From: Thermoplasmatota archaeon
Lineage (GTDB): Archaea; Thermoplasmatota; Thermoplasmata; UBA10834
DNA: 64,000 nt
Direction: 5' to 3'
NCBI GenBank assembly: GCA_040751795.1
Contig: JBFMHR010000001.1
Location: forward strand, 352,001 to 416,000
The notes beneath the pieces were generated by a model. It had not been told where the DNA came from. It did not search any database and worked only from the letters and a program-made list of their open reading frames with translations. The number at the start of each line of letters is the position of its first letter. Position 1 is the first letter of the stretch. Shown here piece by piece: positions 29,624 to 40,172 of this stretch. The translations under genes and the position numbers were made by a program.

Positions 29624-30850
29624 CTAGAATACCTTGCTCCCCGGGGCGATGGTGCCCTTCGCCAGCGCGCCCATGCCTATGAAGGAGTTCTCGCCGATGA
29701 TCGTCCCGACGTCGATCGTCGCGTTTATCCCGGTCTTGACGTCGTCGCCTATGATGGCGCCGAGCTTCCTCCTGCCGGAGCCGGTCTTCCTGCCGTCGAC
29801 GACGACCATGACCTCCTTCTCGTCCAGGCGGAGGTTGGCGATCTTGGTCCCCGCGCCGAGGTTGCACCTCTCGCCTATGACGCTGTCGCCCACGTAGCTC
29901 AGGTGCGGCACCTTGGTCCCGTCCATGATTATTGAGTTCTTGACCTCGACGGAGTTGCCGACCCTGCACCCGTCGCCTATGGAGGTCGAGGGGCGGATGT
30001 AGGCGTTGGGGCCGATCTTGCAGTCCCTCCCGATGATGGCAGGGCCGACGATGTAGCTCCCCGGGAGGACCTCCGAGCCCTCCCCGACCTGGATGTCCCC
30101 CACTACGGTAGCCTTGTCCGATACGGTGCCCTCCACCTTCGCCTCGAGCCCCTCCATGAGTATCCTGTTCGCCTCGAGGAGGTCCCACGGCCTCGCGACG
30201 TCCATCCACTCGCCTGTGAGGAGGTGGGTGTAGAGGTGCGACTTGGCCATCATGATCCTGAATGAGTCGGTGATCTCGTACTCGCCCCTGACGGACTTCT
30301 TGGTCTCGGCTATGGCGTCGAATATCGCGGGCTCGAGGACGTACGCTCCAGCGTTCACCAGGTTGCCCTCGGGCACCTCCGGCTTCTCGGCTATGTCCGC
30401 GACCACGCCGTCCTGGACCCTGATGCACCCGTACCTCCTCGGGTCCTCCACGGATGTAAGGGCCATCACGGAGCCCTTGACCTTCCTGTGGTGCGCGACG
30501 AGGCCCTTGACGCTCTCGTGGGTGAGGACCACGTCCCCGTACAGGCAGAAGAACGCGGAGTCCACCCTGTCCCTGATCATGCTGATGGCGTGGGCGGTGC
30601 CGAGCCTCTCCTTCTGCTCGACGTACTCTATCCTGACGCCGAACGCGGAGCCGTCCCCGAAGTGCTCCCTGATCCGGTTGGCCTTCCAGCCTATGAGGAG
30701 TATGACGTCCTTGATGCCCGCGGCCTTGAGCGCGTCGATGTTGTGCTCCAGGAACGGCTTTCCCGCGACTGGGAGCAGGGGCTTCGGGATGTTGGACGTG
30801 AGGGGCCTCATCCTGAGGCCCTCGCCAGCGGCGAGTATGTAGCCCTTCAC
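29624..30850 (-). CDS. glmU: Bifunctional sugar-1-phosphate nucleotidylyltransferase/acetyltransferase
   Basis: ILAAGEGLRMRPLT..PKPL, hexapeptide repeats, HLSYVGDS. GTG start 30850. Confidence 0.9.
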   Translation of the reverse strand: MKGYILAAGEGLRMRPLTSNIPKPLLPVAGKPFLEHNIDALKAAGIKDVILLIGWKANRIREHFGDGSAFGVRIEYVEQKERLGTAHAISMIRDRVDSAFFCLYGDVVLTHESVKGLVAHHRKVKGSVMALTSVEDPRRYGCIRVQDGVVADIAEKPEVPEGNLVNAGAYVLEPAIFDAIAETKKSVRGEYEITDSFRIMMAKSHLYTHLLTGEWMDVARPWDLLEANRILMEGLEAKVEGTVSDKATVVGDIQVGEGSEVLPGSYIVGPAIIGRDCKIGPNAYIRPSTSIGDGCRVGNSVEVKNSIIMDGTKVPHLSYVGDSVIGERCNLGAGTKIANLRLDEKEVMVVVDGRKTGSGRRKLGAIIGDDVKTGINATIDVGTIIGENSFIGMGALAKGTIAPGSKVF

Positions 30851-32151
30851 TTCACGCACCTCCTGACCGCATCGGACATGCACTTCATTATCCCTTTGGC
30901 CCGGGCGGCGTCCCTGGCCTCGGCGACGATCCTGACCTTGGGCTCGGTCCCGGAGGGCCTCACGAGCGCCCACCCGTCCTCGAACCGGTGCCTGAAGCCG
31001 TCCATGGTCAGGAGCTCCTCGGAGTCGATGGACCCCATCTCCGCCTTGAGCCTCTTGAGGACCCTCGCCTTGTCCTCCGCCTTGAACGTGATGCCCGCCC
31101 TGAGCGTCGGGTAGACTGGGATCGCCTTCCTCAGCTCCGACAGCCTCTTCCTCGAGGCGATCTCCGCCAGCCTCGCGGCCGCCAGAACGCCGTCCGGGCA
31201 GAATATCTGGTCCGGGAAGATCCAGGTGCCGGAGGGCTCGCCCCCGAAGTCGGCCTTGGACCTCTTGACCTCCTCGCTCACGAACACATCGCCCACGCGC
31301 GTGCGCACGACCTTGGCGTCGATGCAGTCCTCCACGGCCATGGAGGCGTCGACCGTGACGACGACCTTCCTCTTGCCGTAGCGCTTCGCGAACAGAGCCA
31401 GGAGCTGGTCCCCGCCGAGGAACTGGCCCCTGTCGTCGATGGCGACCATCCTATCCGCGTCGCCGTCATGGGCTATGCCCATGTCGGCCTTCATCGAGAC
31501 GACAGCGTTCCTCAGGTCCCCGAGGTTCTCCTCCGTCGGCTCGGGCATCCTCCCGGGGAAGTGCCCGTCCGGGTTGGAGTTGATCGTGACGACCTTGCAG
31601 CCCATGCGCTGGAGCACGATGGGCGTGACATTGAAAGCGGGGCCGTTGGCACAGTCGACCACGACCTTCAGCTTGGCCTTCCCCACGCCCCTGAGTATTC
31701 GCTGGGCGTGCATCTCGGGCATGTCCGAGAGGACATGCCTCTGTCCGACCCCGTCCCAGGGCTTGAGCTTGAACTTCCTGGATGACACCAGTTTCTCGAT
31801 CCTCTCCGACTGCTCGACGCCGAACCCCGACCCGTCCGGGTTCCAGAGCTTGATGCCCGCATACTCCGGAGGGTTGTGGCTCGCCGTGAGCATGACCCCG
31901 GCGTCCATGCACCTGGTGGCCTCGGCCAGGGTGGGGGTGGTGACGAGCCCGCAGGAGTAGACCTGGCACCCGCAGGCCATGAGTCCCGAGGAGACCGCGG
32001 CCTCCATCATCGGGCCGGAGGTCCTCGAGTCGGTGCCTATGACGACGTTCCTGGCGCCCGAGCCGACGGCCATGCCTATGCGGCATGCGAGCTCGGGGGT
32101 CACACCGCTGTTCACGACCCCGCGGACCCCTGAAGAGCCGAAGAGCGACAT
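30847..32151 (-). CDS. glmM: Phosphoglucosamine mutase
   Basis: TASHNP, DGDADR, GGEPSG, RPSGTEP motifs. Confidence 0.9.
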   Translation of the reverse strand: MSLFGSSGVRGVVNSGVTPELACRIGMAVGSGARNVVIGTDSRTSGPMMEAAVSSGLMACGCQVYSCGLVTTPTLAEATRCMDAGVMLTASHNPPEYAGIKLWNPDGSGFGVEQSERIEKLVSSRKFKLKPWDGVGQRHVLSDMPEMHAQRILRGVGKAKLKVVVDCANGPAFNVTPIVLQRMGCKVVTINSNPDGHFPGRMPEPTEENLGDLRNAVVSMKADMGIAHDGDADRMVAIDDRGQFLGGDQLLALFAKRYGKRKVVVTVDASMAVEDCIDAKVVRTRVGDVFVSEEVKRSKADFGGEPSGTWIFPDQIFCPDGVLAAARLAEIASRKRLSELRKAIPVYPTLRAGITFKAEDKARVLKRLKAEMGSIDSEELLTMDGFRHRFEDGWALVRPSGTEPKVRIVAEARDAARAKGIMKCMSDAVRRCVK

Positions 32152-32276
32152 CCGACGAGACCTCTCCTGTCTGAATGACGCACCCTGATATATTACAGGT
32201 ACGGGGACGGCTTCCCCCGGCAATGTTCATAACGGGCCTTGGCCATGCACGCACCCGCAGGCGGCGGGGCGGGGAC

Positions 32277-33440
32277 TTGGGCGATCCGGGCAGTTGTCCT
32301 GAGGGGTTCGTCGGCGCGTTCTACCAGGCGCTGAACAGGAGGCCCCTGCGGCACAGGGCGTCGACATACAGGAAGCTGATACTGATCGGGTACGCGTTCG
32401 CGTGCCTCGAGCTCGCGCTCCTGGCGGTGATGTACCGGGAGCCCTGGGACGTCGCCTGGACCCTCTACGGCATGGCGGCCGGGGGCTCGGTGGGGGCGCT
32501 GACCGTGCTCGTCGACGCCGCGCTCCTCCGCGACAGGCCGAAGCGGGAGTGGGCCGTGCGGCTGGGGTTCGGCGGCACCCTGTACCTCTGGCTGAAGCTC
32601 TACGTCGAGCCCATGATGGACACCAGGGAAGGGGAGTTCATCCTGGTGGGGGTCCTGCTCGGCGTCACCCTCGGCCTGGCGCTGCCGGGGAACATCTACT
32701 ACAGGTACAAGCTCGCGGTCGAGAGGGCGGACGAGGGCAGGCCTGCGCCTGAGCGCGACGAGTGGGCCGAGAGGATGGAGGCTCTGGCGGAGGCCGTGTG
32801 CCAGGAGGAGAGGAGGGTGCTCATCCGGGGGAACCTTCTCAAGGCCTCCGCCGTCGCCATCGGGGCGTCGGCGGGCATAATGATCTGGGCAGCGACAGAC
32901 ATGGCGGTGGACCCTGAGTTCGACACCCTTACCGGCATCGCCGTCTGGTACCCCCTGATGGGGGCGGCGCTCGTCGCGCTGCTCCTCGGGCTGGTGAGGG
33001 GCGAGTGCAGGCTCATGCTCATCGCCGGCACCCTCGCAGGGTTCAGCTTCCTCGGGCCTCTGGCGGTGGCCGGACAGCTCCTGCTCTGGGCGGACCACAG
33101 GAGGTTCGGGCTCCCCTGGAAGGCCGGCGACGGGGACGATGCGGCCCGGAGGCTCGAGGAGCGGTGGACCGCCGAGATGAGGGCCTTCAGGGAGGCAACG
33201 GCCGGCAGGTTCAGGGACCTCGGGGTCATGCTGGAGGTCTGGGGCCCGCGGCCCAATATCATCCAGAAGGAGGCGTCGCTGATGAGGAGAGACTTGGAGC
33301 GGGTGGAGGTGCTCCTGCTGGCCCTGCCGAAGGAGGACCCCCGGGGGGAGGCCGGACGCCTCGAGCGGGTCGCGGGGCTCATCGAGGTCGCGAAGAGGAT
33401 CGAGTCGTCCGACTTGTTCCGGAACGACTCTCTCCTCTAG
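32277..33440 (+). CDS. Multi-pass membrane hypothetical protein
   Basis: Several hydrophobic helices in ORF 32175..33440. Start uncertain (TTG 32277 after SD). Confidence 0.6.
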   Translation: MGDPGSCPEGFVGAFYQALNRRPLRHRASTYRKLILIGYAFACLELALLAVMYREPWDVAWTLYGMAAGGSVGALTVLVDAALLRDRPKREWAVRLGFGGTLYLWLKLYVEPMMDTREGEFILVGVLLGVTLGLALPGNIYYRYKLAVERADEGRPAPERDEWAERMEALAEAVCQEERRVLIRGNLLKASAVAIGASAGIMIWAATDMAVDPEFDTLTGIAVWYPLMGAALVALLLGLVRGECRLMLIAGTLAGFSFLGPLAVAGQLLLWADHRRFGLPWKAGDGDDAARRLEERWTAEMRAFREATAGRFRDLGVMLEVWGPRPNIIQKEASLMRRDLERVEVLLLALPKEDPRGEAGRLERVAGLIEVAKRIESSDLFRNDSLL

Positions 33441-33526
33441 GGCCATCCGACCTCGTTCGACTCGTCCTATTCTGCATGGTCCGCCGAACGGCTGAGACGG
33501 CGAGGAGGGCCTACGGAGGGCGGAGG

Positions 33527-35632
33527 TCAGCCCGCCTTGTCATCGCCCTTGCCCCTGAGCCGCATGTACATGAGGGCCATCACGGCCGCCACGGCCAGCG
33601 TCCCCACGAGGCCCGCGATGAGCAGGACATTCATCGTGTCGGAGGCGTCGAGGTCGTCCTCTGCCGCCGCGAGCTGCTCCTCGACCTCGGCGAGCTCCTG
33701 CTCGGCCCCGGCCAGGTCAGCCTCGGCCGAGGTCATGTTAGCCACGGCCGCGGCGAGGTCGAACTGCAGCGAGAGGATGTCCGCCTCCGAGTCGTCGAGC
33801 TGCGCCTCGACTTCGGCCAGGTCCGCGAGGGCGTCGGCGAGCTCGTCCTCCGCCGCCAGCAGGGCCGCCTCGGCAGCCGCCAGCTGGGCCTCGAGGGACG
33901 CGACGTCGTCCTCCGCCGCGTCCAGCTGCGCCTGCAGGTCGGCCAGGTCGGCCAGCGCCGCGTCCAGGTCCGCCTGGAGCGCATCGATCTGCGCCAGGGC
34001 GTCGGCGAGCTCCGCCTCGACCGCCGCCAGGGGGTCGACGTAGGTTACGGTGACGGAGGCGTTCGCGGAGTTGCTCCAGAGGTCGACCGCCGTCGCGGTG
34101 ACGGTGTTCTCCCCCTCCTCCAGGAGGACAACGCACGAGAAGGAGCCGTCGGCCTCGACCACCGCAGACATCCCGTTGACCGTGAGGGACGCGCCCGGCT
34201 CGGCCGTGCCCGAGACCGTGATCGCCGGGACATCGACAGTCGTCCCGTCGGCCGGGCTCGATATGGACACATGGGGCGGGGTCGTGTCAGGGACGGTGTA
34301 CATGTTCGCCCAGACGTTGTACCTGAGGCCGTCGAACTGCAGCCACGCAGCGAAGACGTTCCCGGACCCGTCGAGCGCCGCGTCCACGCCGACCGACGAC
34401 TGGTTGCCGGTGGTGGAGGCCAGTTCCATGGGCATCCAGCCCTCGCCCGCCAGGTACCGGCCCGAGCAGATGTTCCTGCGCTCGCCGTCCCACTGCTCCC
34501 ACAGGGCGGTGCCGTTGCCCGTCCCGTCGAAGACGACCCTGGGGAGCGTCGCGAAGTCGTCGCTGTCCTCGACCGTCCCCGCGGTCCCCCAGCCCTCTCC
34601 GTGGACGTACAGGTTCGACCATATGCTTGCGATGCCGGCGTCGGCCTGCTGCCATACGGCCAGGGCGTTCCCCGCGCCGTCGCAGGCCACGCGGACGCCG
34701 CTGGCGTCATAGGAGTCGTCGTCCTCGAGGATCTCGGCCTCCCCCCAGCCCTCGCCGACGGTGTACCGGTTGGACCAGATGCTGTAGAGGCCGTCTCCGA
34801 GGTCGTACTGGTACCAGACGGCGGTCGCGTCGCCCGAGGGACCGACGGCCACCTTGGGCTCCGACACGTCGCCGGTGGCGTTGCCGCCGATAGTCACGGC
34901 GGTGCCCCAGCCCTCCCCCGGGACGTACCTGTTGGCGGAGACGTTGACGGCGGAGACGCCGACCTGGCACCACACCGCGACGACGCAGCCCGCGCCGTCC
35001 ACGGCGACGTCCAGGGAGTACGCGCTCTCGACGTACTGCTCGGCCTCCTCCTCGACCCCCCACCCGTCGCCGGCCACGTACCTGTTGGACCAGATGTGGC
35101 CGTAGCCGTCCTTGAACTGGGACCATACGGCGGTGGCGTTGCCCGACCCGTCGACCACCACCTGCGCGAGGCCCGCCTCGTCCGCCTGGCCCTCTATGAG
35201 CTCGGCGGCCCCCCAGCCCTCGCCGGGGACGTAGCGGCTCGCCCACACGCTGCTGACCGATGAGGTGTACCTCTGCCAGACGGCGATGGCGTTGCCGGAC
35301 GCGTCGAATGCCACCCTGGGGTTGTAGCAGTTGTCGGTCCCGACGGAGTCGATCGACGCGGCCCCGGTCCAGCCCGCGCCGGCGACGTACCTGTTGGCGA
35401 ACACGTTGTTCCTGTACCCGTCGTGCTGGTCCCAGACGGCGAACGCGTTCCCCGAGGCGTCAGCCGCTATGAACGGGTAATCGGCCTCCGCCGAGTCCAG
35501 GGACTCGATCATGACGGAGTCGCCCCAGCCCGGGACCGGGGCGGCGGCCTGGGCCTCCTGGGGGACGCTGCCCACGGACAACAGACATGCGAACACTGAC
35601 ACACAGTACAGGGCTGTAAGGGACCTCCTCAT
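33527..35632 (-). CDS. Cell-surface protein: beta-propeller-like repeats, Ig-like domain, coiled-coil stalk, TM anchor
   Basis: About 7 repeats of VA.D.SGNA.AVW.Q...W.NRY..G.GW, then DTTPP Ig domain, acidic heptad repeats and C-terminal TM. Confidence 0.8.
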   Translation of the reverse strand: MRRSLTALYCVSVFACLLSVGSVPQEAQAAAPVPGWGDSVMIESLDSAEADYPFIAADASGNAFAVWDQHDGYRNNVFANRYVAGAGWTGAASIDSVGTDNCYNPRVAFDASGNAIAVWQRYTSSVSSVWASRYVPGEGWGAAELIEGQADEAGLAQVVVDGSGNATAVWSQFKDGYGHIWSNRYVAGDGWGVEEEAEQYVESAYSLDVAVDGAGCVVAVWCQVGVSAVNVSANRYVPGEGWGTAVTIGGNATGDVSEPKVAVGPSGDATAVWYQYDLGDGLYSIWSNRYTVGEGWGEAEILEDDDSYDASGVRVACDGAGNALAVWQQADAGIASIWSNLYVHGEGWGTAGTVEDSDDFATLPRVVFDGTGNGTALWEQWDGERRNICSGRYLAGEGWMPMELASTTGNQSSVGVDAALDGSGNVFAAWLQFDGLRYNVWANMYTVPDTTPPHVSISSPADGTTVDVPAITVSGTAEPGASLTVNGMSAVVEADGSFSCVVLLEEGENTVTATAVDLWSNSANASVTVTYVDPLAAVEAELADALAQIDALQADLDAALADLADLQAQLDAAEDDVASLEAQLAAAEAALLAAEDELADALADLAEVEAQLDDSEADILSLQFDLAAAVANMTSAEADLAGAEQELAEVEEQLAAAEDDLDASDTMNVLLIAGLVGTLAVAAVMALMYMRLRGKGDDKAG

Positions 35633-35946
35633 CAGAACCACTCCGGGCACGGTCGGCGGGCCAACGGGACCCGATGACAATCTGGCCTGATGAACCTTTT
35701 CGCCTCGGTCCGCGTCGCGCGGGAGGGAGGGGGAGCATGGGGGACCCCGCATCCAGGCCCTCTGGGCGCACCCTGGCCAGGAGCCAGCTATGCTGGCTCC
35801 CGCGCATGCGGCCCCGACGCGCGCTGAGCCAGATACCGCTCCCCGGAGAGCCAGCATTAGCAAACGCTTATATATCGTAAATCATGATACATATCTGGGT
35901 CATGCCTGGACGGTGTGGCCAGAAGGACACACGGAGGGATGAACGA

Positions 35947-36180
35947 ATGGTAATGGAGCCCATAAGCGTAGAGAAGGCCATGGAGATTGCCAAGAAGAAG
36001 GGAATCAAGCCCGGCCGCGTAAAGGGCACGAAGGGTGTGCAGTTCACCAAGGGAAGGAACCCGAGACTCGAGACCATCGACTGGGAGGAGTTCAAGGGGA
36101 CCCTCGCCAAGAGGAAGCTGTCGGTCTTCGAGAGCGGCGGCTGGATGAAGATAATGAAGGCCAAGAAGGGCAAGAAGTAG
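35947..36180 (+). CDS. Small basic conserved protein (possible nucleic-acid binding)
   Basis: SD GGAGGGA, TATA TTATATA upstream, Lys-rich, homologous to 41820..42068. Confidence 0.75.
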   Translation: MVMEPISVEKAMEIAKKKGIKPGRVKGTKGVQFTKGRNPRLETIDWEEFKGTLAKRKLSVFESGGWMKIMKAKKGKK

Positions 36181-36295
36181 GACAACCTGCTCCAGGCCGA
36201 TCTTCCCAAACCCCTTCGCAAACTCCACTTTTGATTCTAAACGGATGGGCGGGCCACGTCCGAAGGCGGACGGGCCGCGCGGATGATCAGGTCCC

Positions 36296-37624
36296 TCAAG
36301 GTTTGAGGCGGAAGCCGCAGCCCCTGCAGAACAGGTAGTCGCCAGAGACGGCGCTGCCGCACTTGGGGCAGTTCGCGGACTGCCAGCCCTCCGGGGGAGG
36401 GGGGAGGTCCTCGGCCTGCGCCGGGGCAGCGGGGGCCTGCCACGCGGGCGCCTGCGGCACGGAGGGGGCCTGGGCGGTCATGAGGTTCTGCGGGAACCCG
36501 GGCGCGCCCCTGAGCTCCATCGGCTTCCTAAGCGGCGTCCCGTTCACCGCCAGGACGCGCTTGGCCTCGGGGACCAGCGTCACGGTCGCGGGGACGCCCT
36601 CTGCCACGAGGCCCTTCGCCTCGCCGGCCCTGTTGAAGTGGAACGCGCCGAAGTCCCAGGCGCCGGACCTGAGGGACGGGACGTGGCGCCACTCGACCGC
36701 GGCGCCCCTGTCGAGGGCGCGCGCGAGCGAGGACGATAAGCTCCTCGCCTGGAAGGCTACCCCGAGGCTCATGGCCCCGAAGAAGAGGGGCATGATCAGC
36801 GCCACGGGCTCCTCCACGAAGTTGATCATGACCGCCATGGCCATGGACATGACGGCGAGGCCGACGGCGTTAACCTTCGGTGACCGGGTGATGCCCTTGA
36901 GGGCCTCGCGCTCGGCGGCGCTCAGGGGCCTCTCGTTGGGGTAGTGCAGCCCGACCCCGCCGACAGGGGTGCCCACGCCCGGGCCCGGGGGCTGCGGGTA
37001 CGGGCCCGTGGTCCACTGCTGGGACGGCACGGGCTGCTGGGCGTAGGGGGCGCTCGTGGTGCCCGTCTGGAACCCCTTCGGCACCTTCGGGGGCGAGACG
37101 GCAACGACTATCGCGACGATGGCGAGGGTGATGCCTATGGCAGATACGATCGGGTTGATGCCCCCGACGGCGAAGAGGCCGCCCCTCTGGAGGTCGAAGT
37201 AGCCGTTGATCGTGACGCCGACGTTGAGGTACGAGCCGCTGCCGTACATGAGGTCGCCGTCGACGGTGAGGGCGTAGGTGGCCTGGCAGTAGCTGACGCC
37301 GTCCCAGCCCCACTGGAGCGTCATCATGAAGGTGGAGCCGTCGAAGGCCCCCCAGACGGCGTAGCTCTGGGAGCCGACCGTCAGGGTGCCGGAGACGTCG
37401 GTGCCCGAGGAGGAGACGTCGAGGTCCGCGTCGAATGAGTCGGTGATCGTGCCCCCGTACGGGCCGAGGTAGGTCTGGGTGTAGCCCTCGCCGGAGATCC
37501 TGGAGGTCCAGCTGCCGTCGACCGATGCGGCGGAGGCGTTCTCGCTAGCTGCCGATATCGTGAATGCCGTGGTCCCTGTCACCAGGAGTGAGAGGACCAG
37601 GGCCCGTGCCCATGTTGCCTTCAT
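36296..37624 (-). CDS. Secreted/membrane protein with C-terminal zinc ribbon
   Basis: Signal peptide, beta domain, 3 TM, Pro-rich linkers, CPKC..CRGC. Confidence 0.7.
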   Translation of the reverse strand: MKATWARALVLSLLVTGTTAFTISAASENASAASVDGSWTSRISGEGYTQTYLGPYGGTITDSFDADLDVSSSGTDVSGTLTVGSQSYAVWGAFDGSTFMMTLQWGWDGVSYCQATYALTVDGDLMYGSGSYLNVGVTINGYFDLQRGGLFAVGGINPIVSAIGITLAIVAIVVAVSPPKVPKGFQTGTTSAPYAQQPVPSQQWTTGPYPQPPGPGVGTPVGGVGLHYPNERPLSAAEREALKGITRSPKVNAVGLAVMSMAMAVMINFVEEPVALIMPLFFGAMSLGVAFQARSLSSSLARALDRGAAVEWRHVPSLRSGAWDFGAFHFNRAGEAKGLVAEGVPATVTLVPEAKRVLAVNGTPLRKPMELRGAPGFPQNLMTAQAPSVPQAPAWQAPAAPAQAEDLPPPPEGWQSANCPKCGSAVSGDYLFCRGCGFRLKP

Positions 37625-37768
37625 CTCTTCACCTTGCCCTTGCCAACGCCCCGGGGGAGGGGCGCCGCCAGTGCGTTCAGGCGCTGTGTGAGTAGTGAGA
37701 CATGGGCAGGCCCTATTTAGTCCTCGTAACGTACAATGACACGCGGCGCTCCCGGACGCAGCGTGGCC

Positions 37769-38428
37769 CTAGACCCGCTCGCCCCTATGGTACCCGCACC
37801 GCGGGCACATGAGGGAGCCGCGGGGCCATATCATGCCGCACCTGGGACAGGCCACGCCGAAGCCGCAGCCCTCGCAGAAGCACGTCCCCCGGGCCATCGT
37901 CCTGCCGCAGTTGGGGCACTTCTCCGCCGCGGGCGCCCTCGGCTGCGGATCACCCTCGACGTAGCCCCTCCCTCCGCAGCCGGGGCACACCATGGAGCCC
38001 GAGGGGCCGGGGAGGACGCCGAGGCCGCGGCAGGCGGGGCACTTCTCGGTGCCCAGGCACCTGGGGCACTTGCCGGTGCCCCCGCAGAAGGGGCAGGCGC
38101 TCAAGGAGCCCCCTTTGCCCTTCCCCTTGCAGGCGTAGCAGTAGCCGTTGACGCAGTAGGAGACGGAGCCGTAGGCGAGGATGGATGTGAAGTCGTTGTG
38201 GCCGTGTGCGTTTGAGGAGACGCTCCATGTGCACTTTCCCGAGCCGCCGCAGGCTTTGCAGACGTCGATCCTCCCGAAGCCGTCGCAGACCTTGCACTCG
38301 GTCCTGCCGCGGCCTATTATGACCTGGGTGCCGCAGTACATGCAGTGGGCCTTGTCGAGGTCGGCGGGGAACCTGAGGCTGGAGCCGCACTTGGGGCAGA
38401 CGGCTGCTATGAGCTCGACCTCGGCCAT
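37769..38428 (-). CDS. Cys-rich protein with DnaJ-type CxxCxGxG repeats and zinc ribbons
   Basis: Repeated CxxCxGxG units and terminal double zinc ribbon. No J domain. Confidence 0.75.
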   Translation of the reverse strand: MAEVELIAAVCPKCGSSLRFPADLDKAHCMYCGTQVIIGRGRTECKVCDGFGRIDVCKACGGSGKCTWSVSSNAHGHNDFTSILAYGSVSYCVNGYCYACKGKGKGGSLSACPFCGGTGKCPRCLGTEKCPACRGLGVLPGPSGSMVCPGCGGRGYVEGDPQPRAPAAEKCPNCGRTMARGTCFCEGCGFGVACPRCGMIWPRGSLMCPRCGYHRGERV

Positions 38429-38581
38429 CCCCTTCACCCTCAGTTGGGGCGGGATTGGCGGGACGGTATTATATGGTTTCACGGGGGAGTCCACCCTGCC
38501 CTGACGGGAGGGGTGAGGAGAAGGAGGCCGGACGGAAGGGTTATTTATACGGCGACAATCATGGGCCCTCGCAACCATCGG

Positions 38582-38666
38582 GCAGGGATAGCCAAGCCTG
38601 GCCAACGGCGATAGATTCAGGGTCTATTCGCGAAGGCGTCCGCCGGTTCAAATCCGGCTCCCTGCA
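38582..38666 (+). tRNA. tRNA-Leu(CAG), probable integration site
   Basis: GCAGGGA/TCCCTGC acceptor, ATAGA-TTCAGGG-TCTAT anticodon arm, long variable arm, GGTTCAAATCC. No encoded CCA. Confidence 0.95.
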
Positions 38667-38726
38667 CATCGCGACATCTGGCTATTTTCAAATCAGAGGG
38701 TTTTTGTCTGCTGGCACCCCCCCTGG

Positions 38727-39926
38727 CTACGGCTTTTCCGCGAACGCTTCCTCGAGCTCCCGGAAGGCGTCTTCGGACCGTATCCGCGCGTAGTAGAGTT
38801 CGGTCGTTCTCGTCGTTCTGTGCCTCAGCGCCTTGGACACAGACTCGATCGACGCGCCCCGGTCCTTGCACATCTGCCCGAAGGTCGCTCGCAGATATTG
38901 CACCCGGAAGGGTATCCCCGCGTGCTTCTGCGCATCATCCTTCATGCTGCCCCACATGCCGTCGGTCCAATAATCTACTCGGCCGTCCCTGTAGATCCGG
39001 GGCACAAGGGGCTCACATTCGCCCACGCCGTTCTCAGTCAGGTACTTCGTCCTCGCCTTGAGGAAGTCGAGCACCGTCTGTCGGGCGGGCTGCAGGATCG
39101 GCGCTGTGCCTGCGGAGGCATAGCGCGTCTCTCCCTTCGGGTGGCTCACGAGGACTCTCCACTTGGAGATGTCTATGTCCTGCAGTCGGGCCTTGCGCAG
39201 CTCAGACCGTCTGAGCCCTGTGTACGCGTACATCGCGACGGCGAAGCGGGCCACCTCGCCGTCCCAGCCGGGCATGTTCGCCAACTTGGCCCGTAGTTCC
39301 TCCACAGTGGTCTGCTCCAGGGTCCTGATCTCCGGGGAGACCTTCTGAGGGAACCGGACGTAGTGTAGCGCTCGCATCCGGTTCATGACCGGGTTCTCGC
39401 ATATCAACAGCATCTCGGCCAGGAATGCAAGGTAGTTCGCCTGCGTTGCTGGCCTCAAGCCGATTCCGGTCTTGGTCTTGCGGTCCTTCATCCACTGGAG
39501 GAATGCTTCGATGTCGGCCTGAGTCATCTTCCTCGGGTTGATGGTCGACACCTTGCCCTTCTTCCTGAGCGCCTTGAACGCGTCTCCGATGACCTTCAGG
39601 CCCCTCGTGATGGTCCTGTGGGTCGATGCCGCGTAATAGGGCCGTACGGCCTCTAGGAAGGCGTTGGCGCAGGGGTTGAACGGGTTGCGCCCACCCACAG
39701 ACCTCGCCCTCCTCGGACGGCCTCTTCTCGTTCTGCGCGGGGGGTTTTGCTCCGAGCGGTTATTGGTTCGGCTGCTCTTGCTGTTGGCATCCGGCACCGC
39801 TCCGGAGGCGAGTTGTCTACCACCATGTGGTAGTATCCTCTCCTCAAGAACGGTATTCCTCTCCGGAGCCGTTAATGCTTCGCCCCGGGCGACTCCCATG
39901 TGGGAGTCGGACACCTTCTCCTCCAT
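38727..39926 (-). CDS. Tyrosine recombinase/integrase
   Basis: TGLRRSE (R), HPK (K), YLR, LRH and YY catalytic motifs. Confidence 0.92.
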   Translation of the reverse strand: MEEKVSDSHMGVARGEALTAPERNTVLEERILPHGGRQLASGAVPDANSKSSRTNNRSEQNPPRRTRRGRPRRARSVGGRNPFNPCANAFLEAVRPYYAASTHRTITRGLKVIGDAFKALRKKGKVSTINPRKMTQADIEAFLQWMKDRKTKTGIGLRPATQANYLAFLAEMLLICENPVMNRMRALHYVRFPQKVSPEIRTLEQTTVEELRAKLANMPGWDGEVARFAVAMYAYTGLRRSELRKARLQDIDISKWRVLVSHPKGETRYASAGTAPILQPARQTVLDFLKARTKYLTENGVGECEPLVPRIYRDGRVDYWTDGMWGSMKDDAQKHAGIPFRVQYLRATFGQMCKDRGASIESVSKALRHRTTRTTELYYARIRSEDAFRELEEAFAEKP

Positions 39927-39992
39927 CTCTCAACCCCCCCGCCGCAAAGTGGGGCCGACCTCGGTCGGCCCGGTTTTCTATGGTTTTGCGGC

Positions 39993-40172
39993 TTACTCTT
40001 CGTCCTCTTCCTCCCGATCGTCGCTCTCAGACTCGTCCGAGGAGTAGTACTCCTCGAGGTAGTCCAGCAGGATGTGCATCGCCAATTCCTGCGTCGTGAG
40101 CCCTTGCTCTTTGGCGATGGCGTTCAGCTGTCGAGCCGTCTCCCCTCTTGCCTCAATCACCTGGGCATCCAC
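39993..40172 (-). CDS. Ribbon-helix-helix (CopG-like) protein with acidic tail
   Basis: Manual translation MDAQVIEARGETARQLNAIAKEQGLTTQELAMHILLDYLEEYYSSDESESDDREEEDEE*, strong SD GGAGGTGA. Not in ORF track. Confidence 0.75.
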   Translation of the reverse strand: MDAQVIEARGETARQLNAIAKEQGLTTQELAMHILLDYLEEYYSSDESESDDREEEDEE

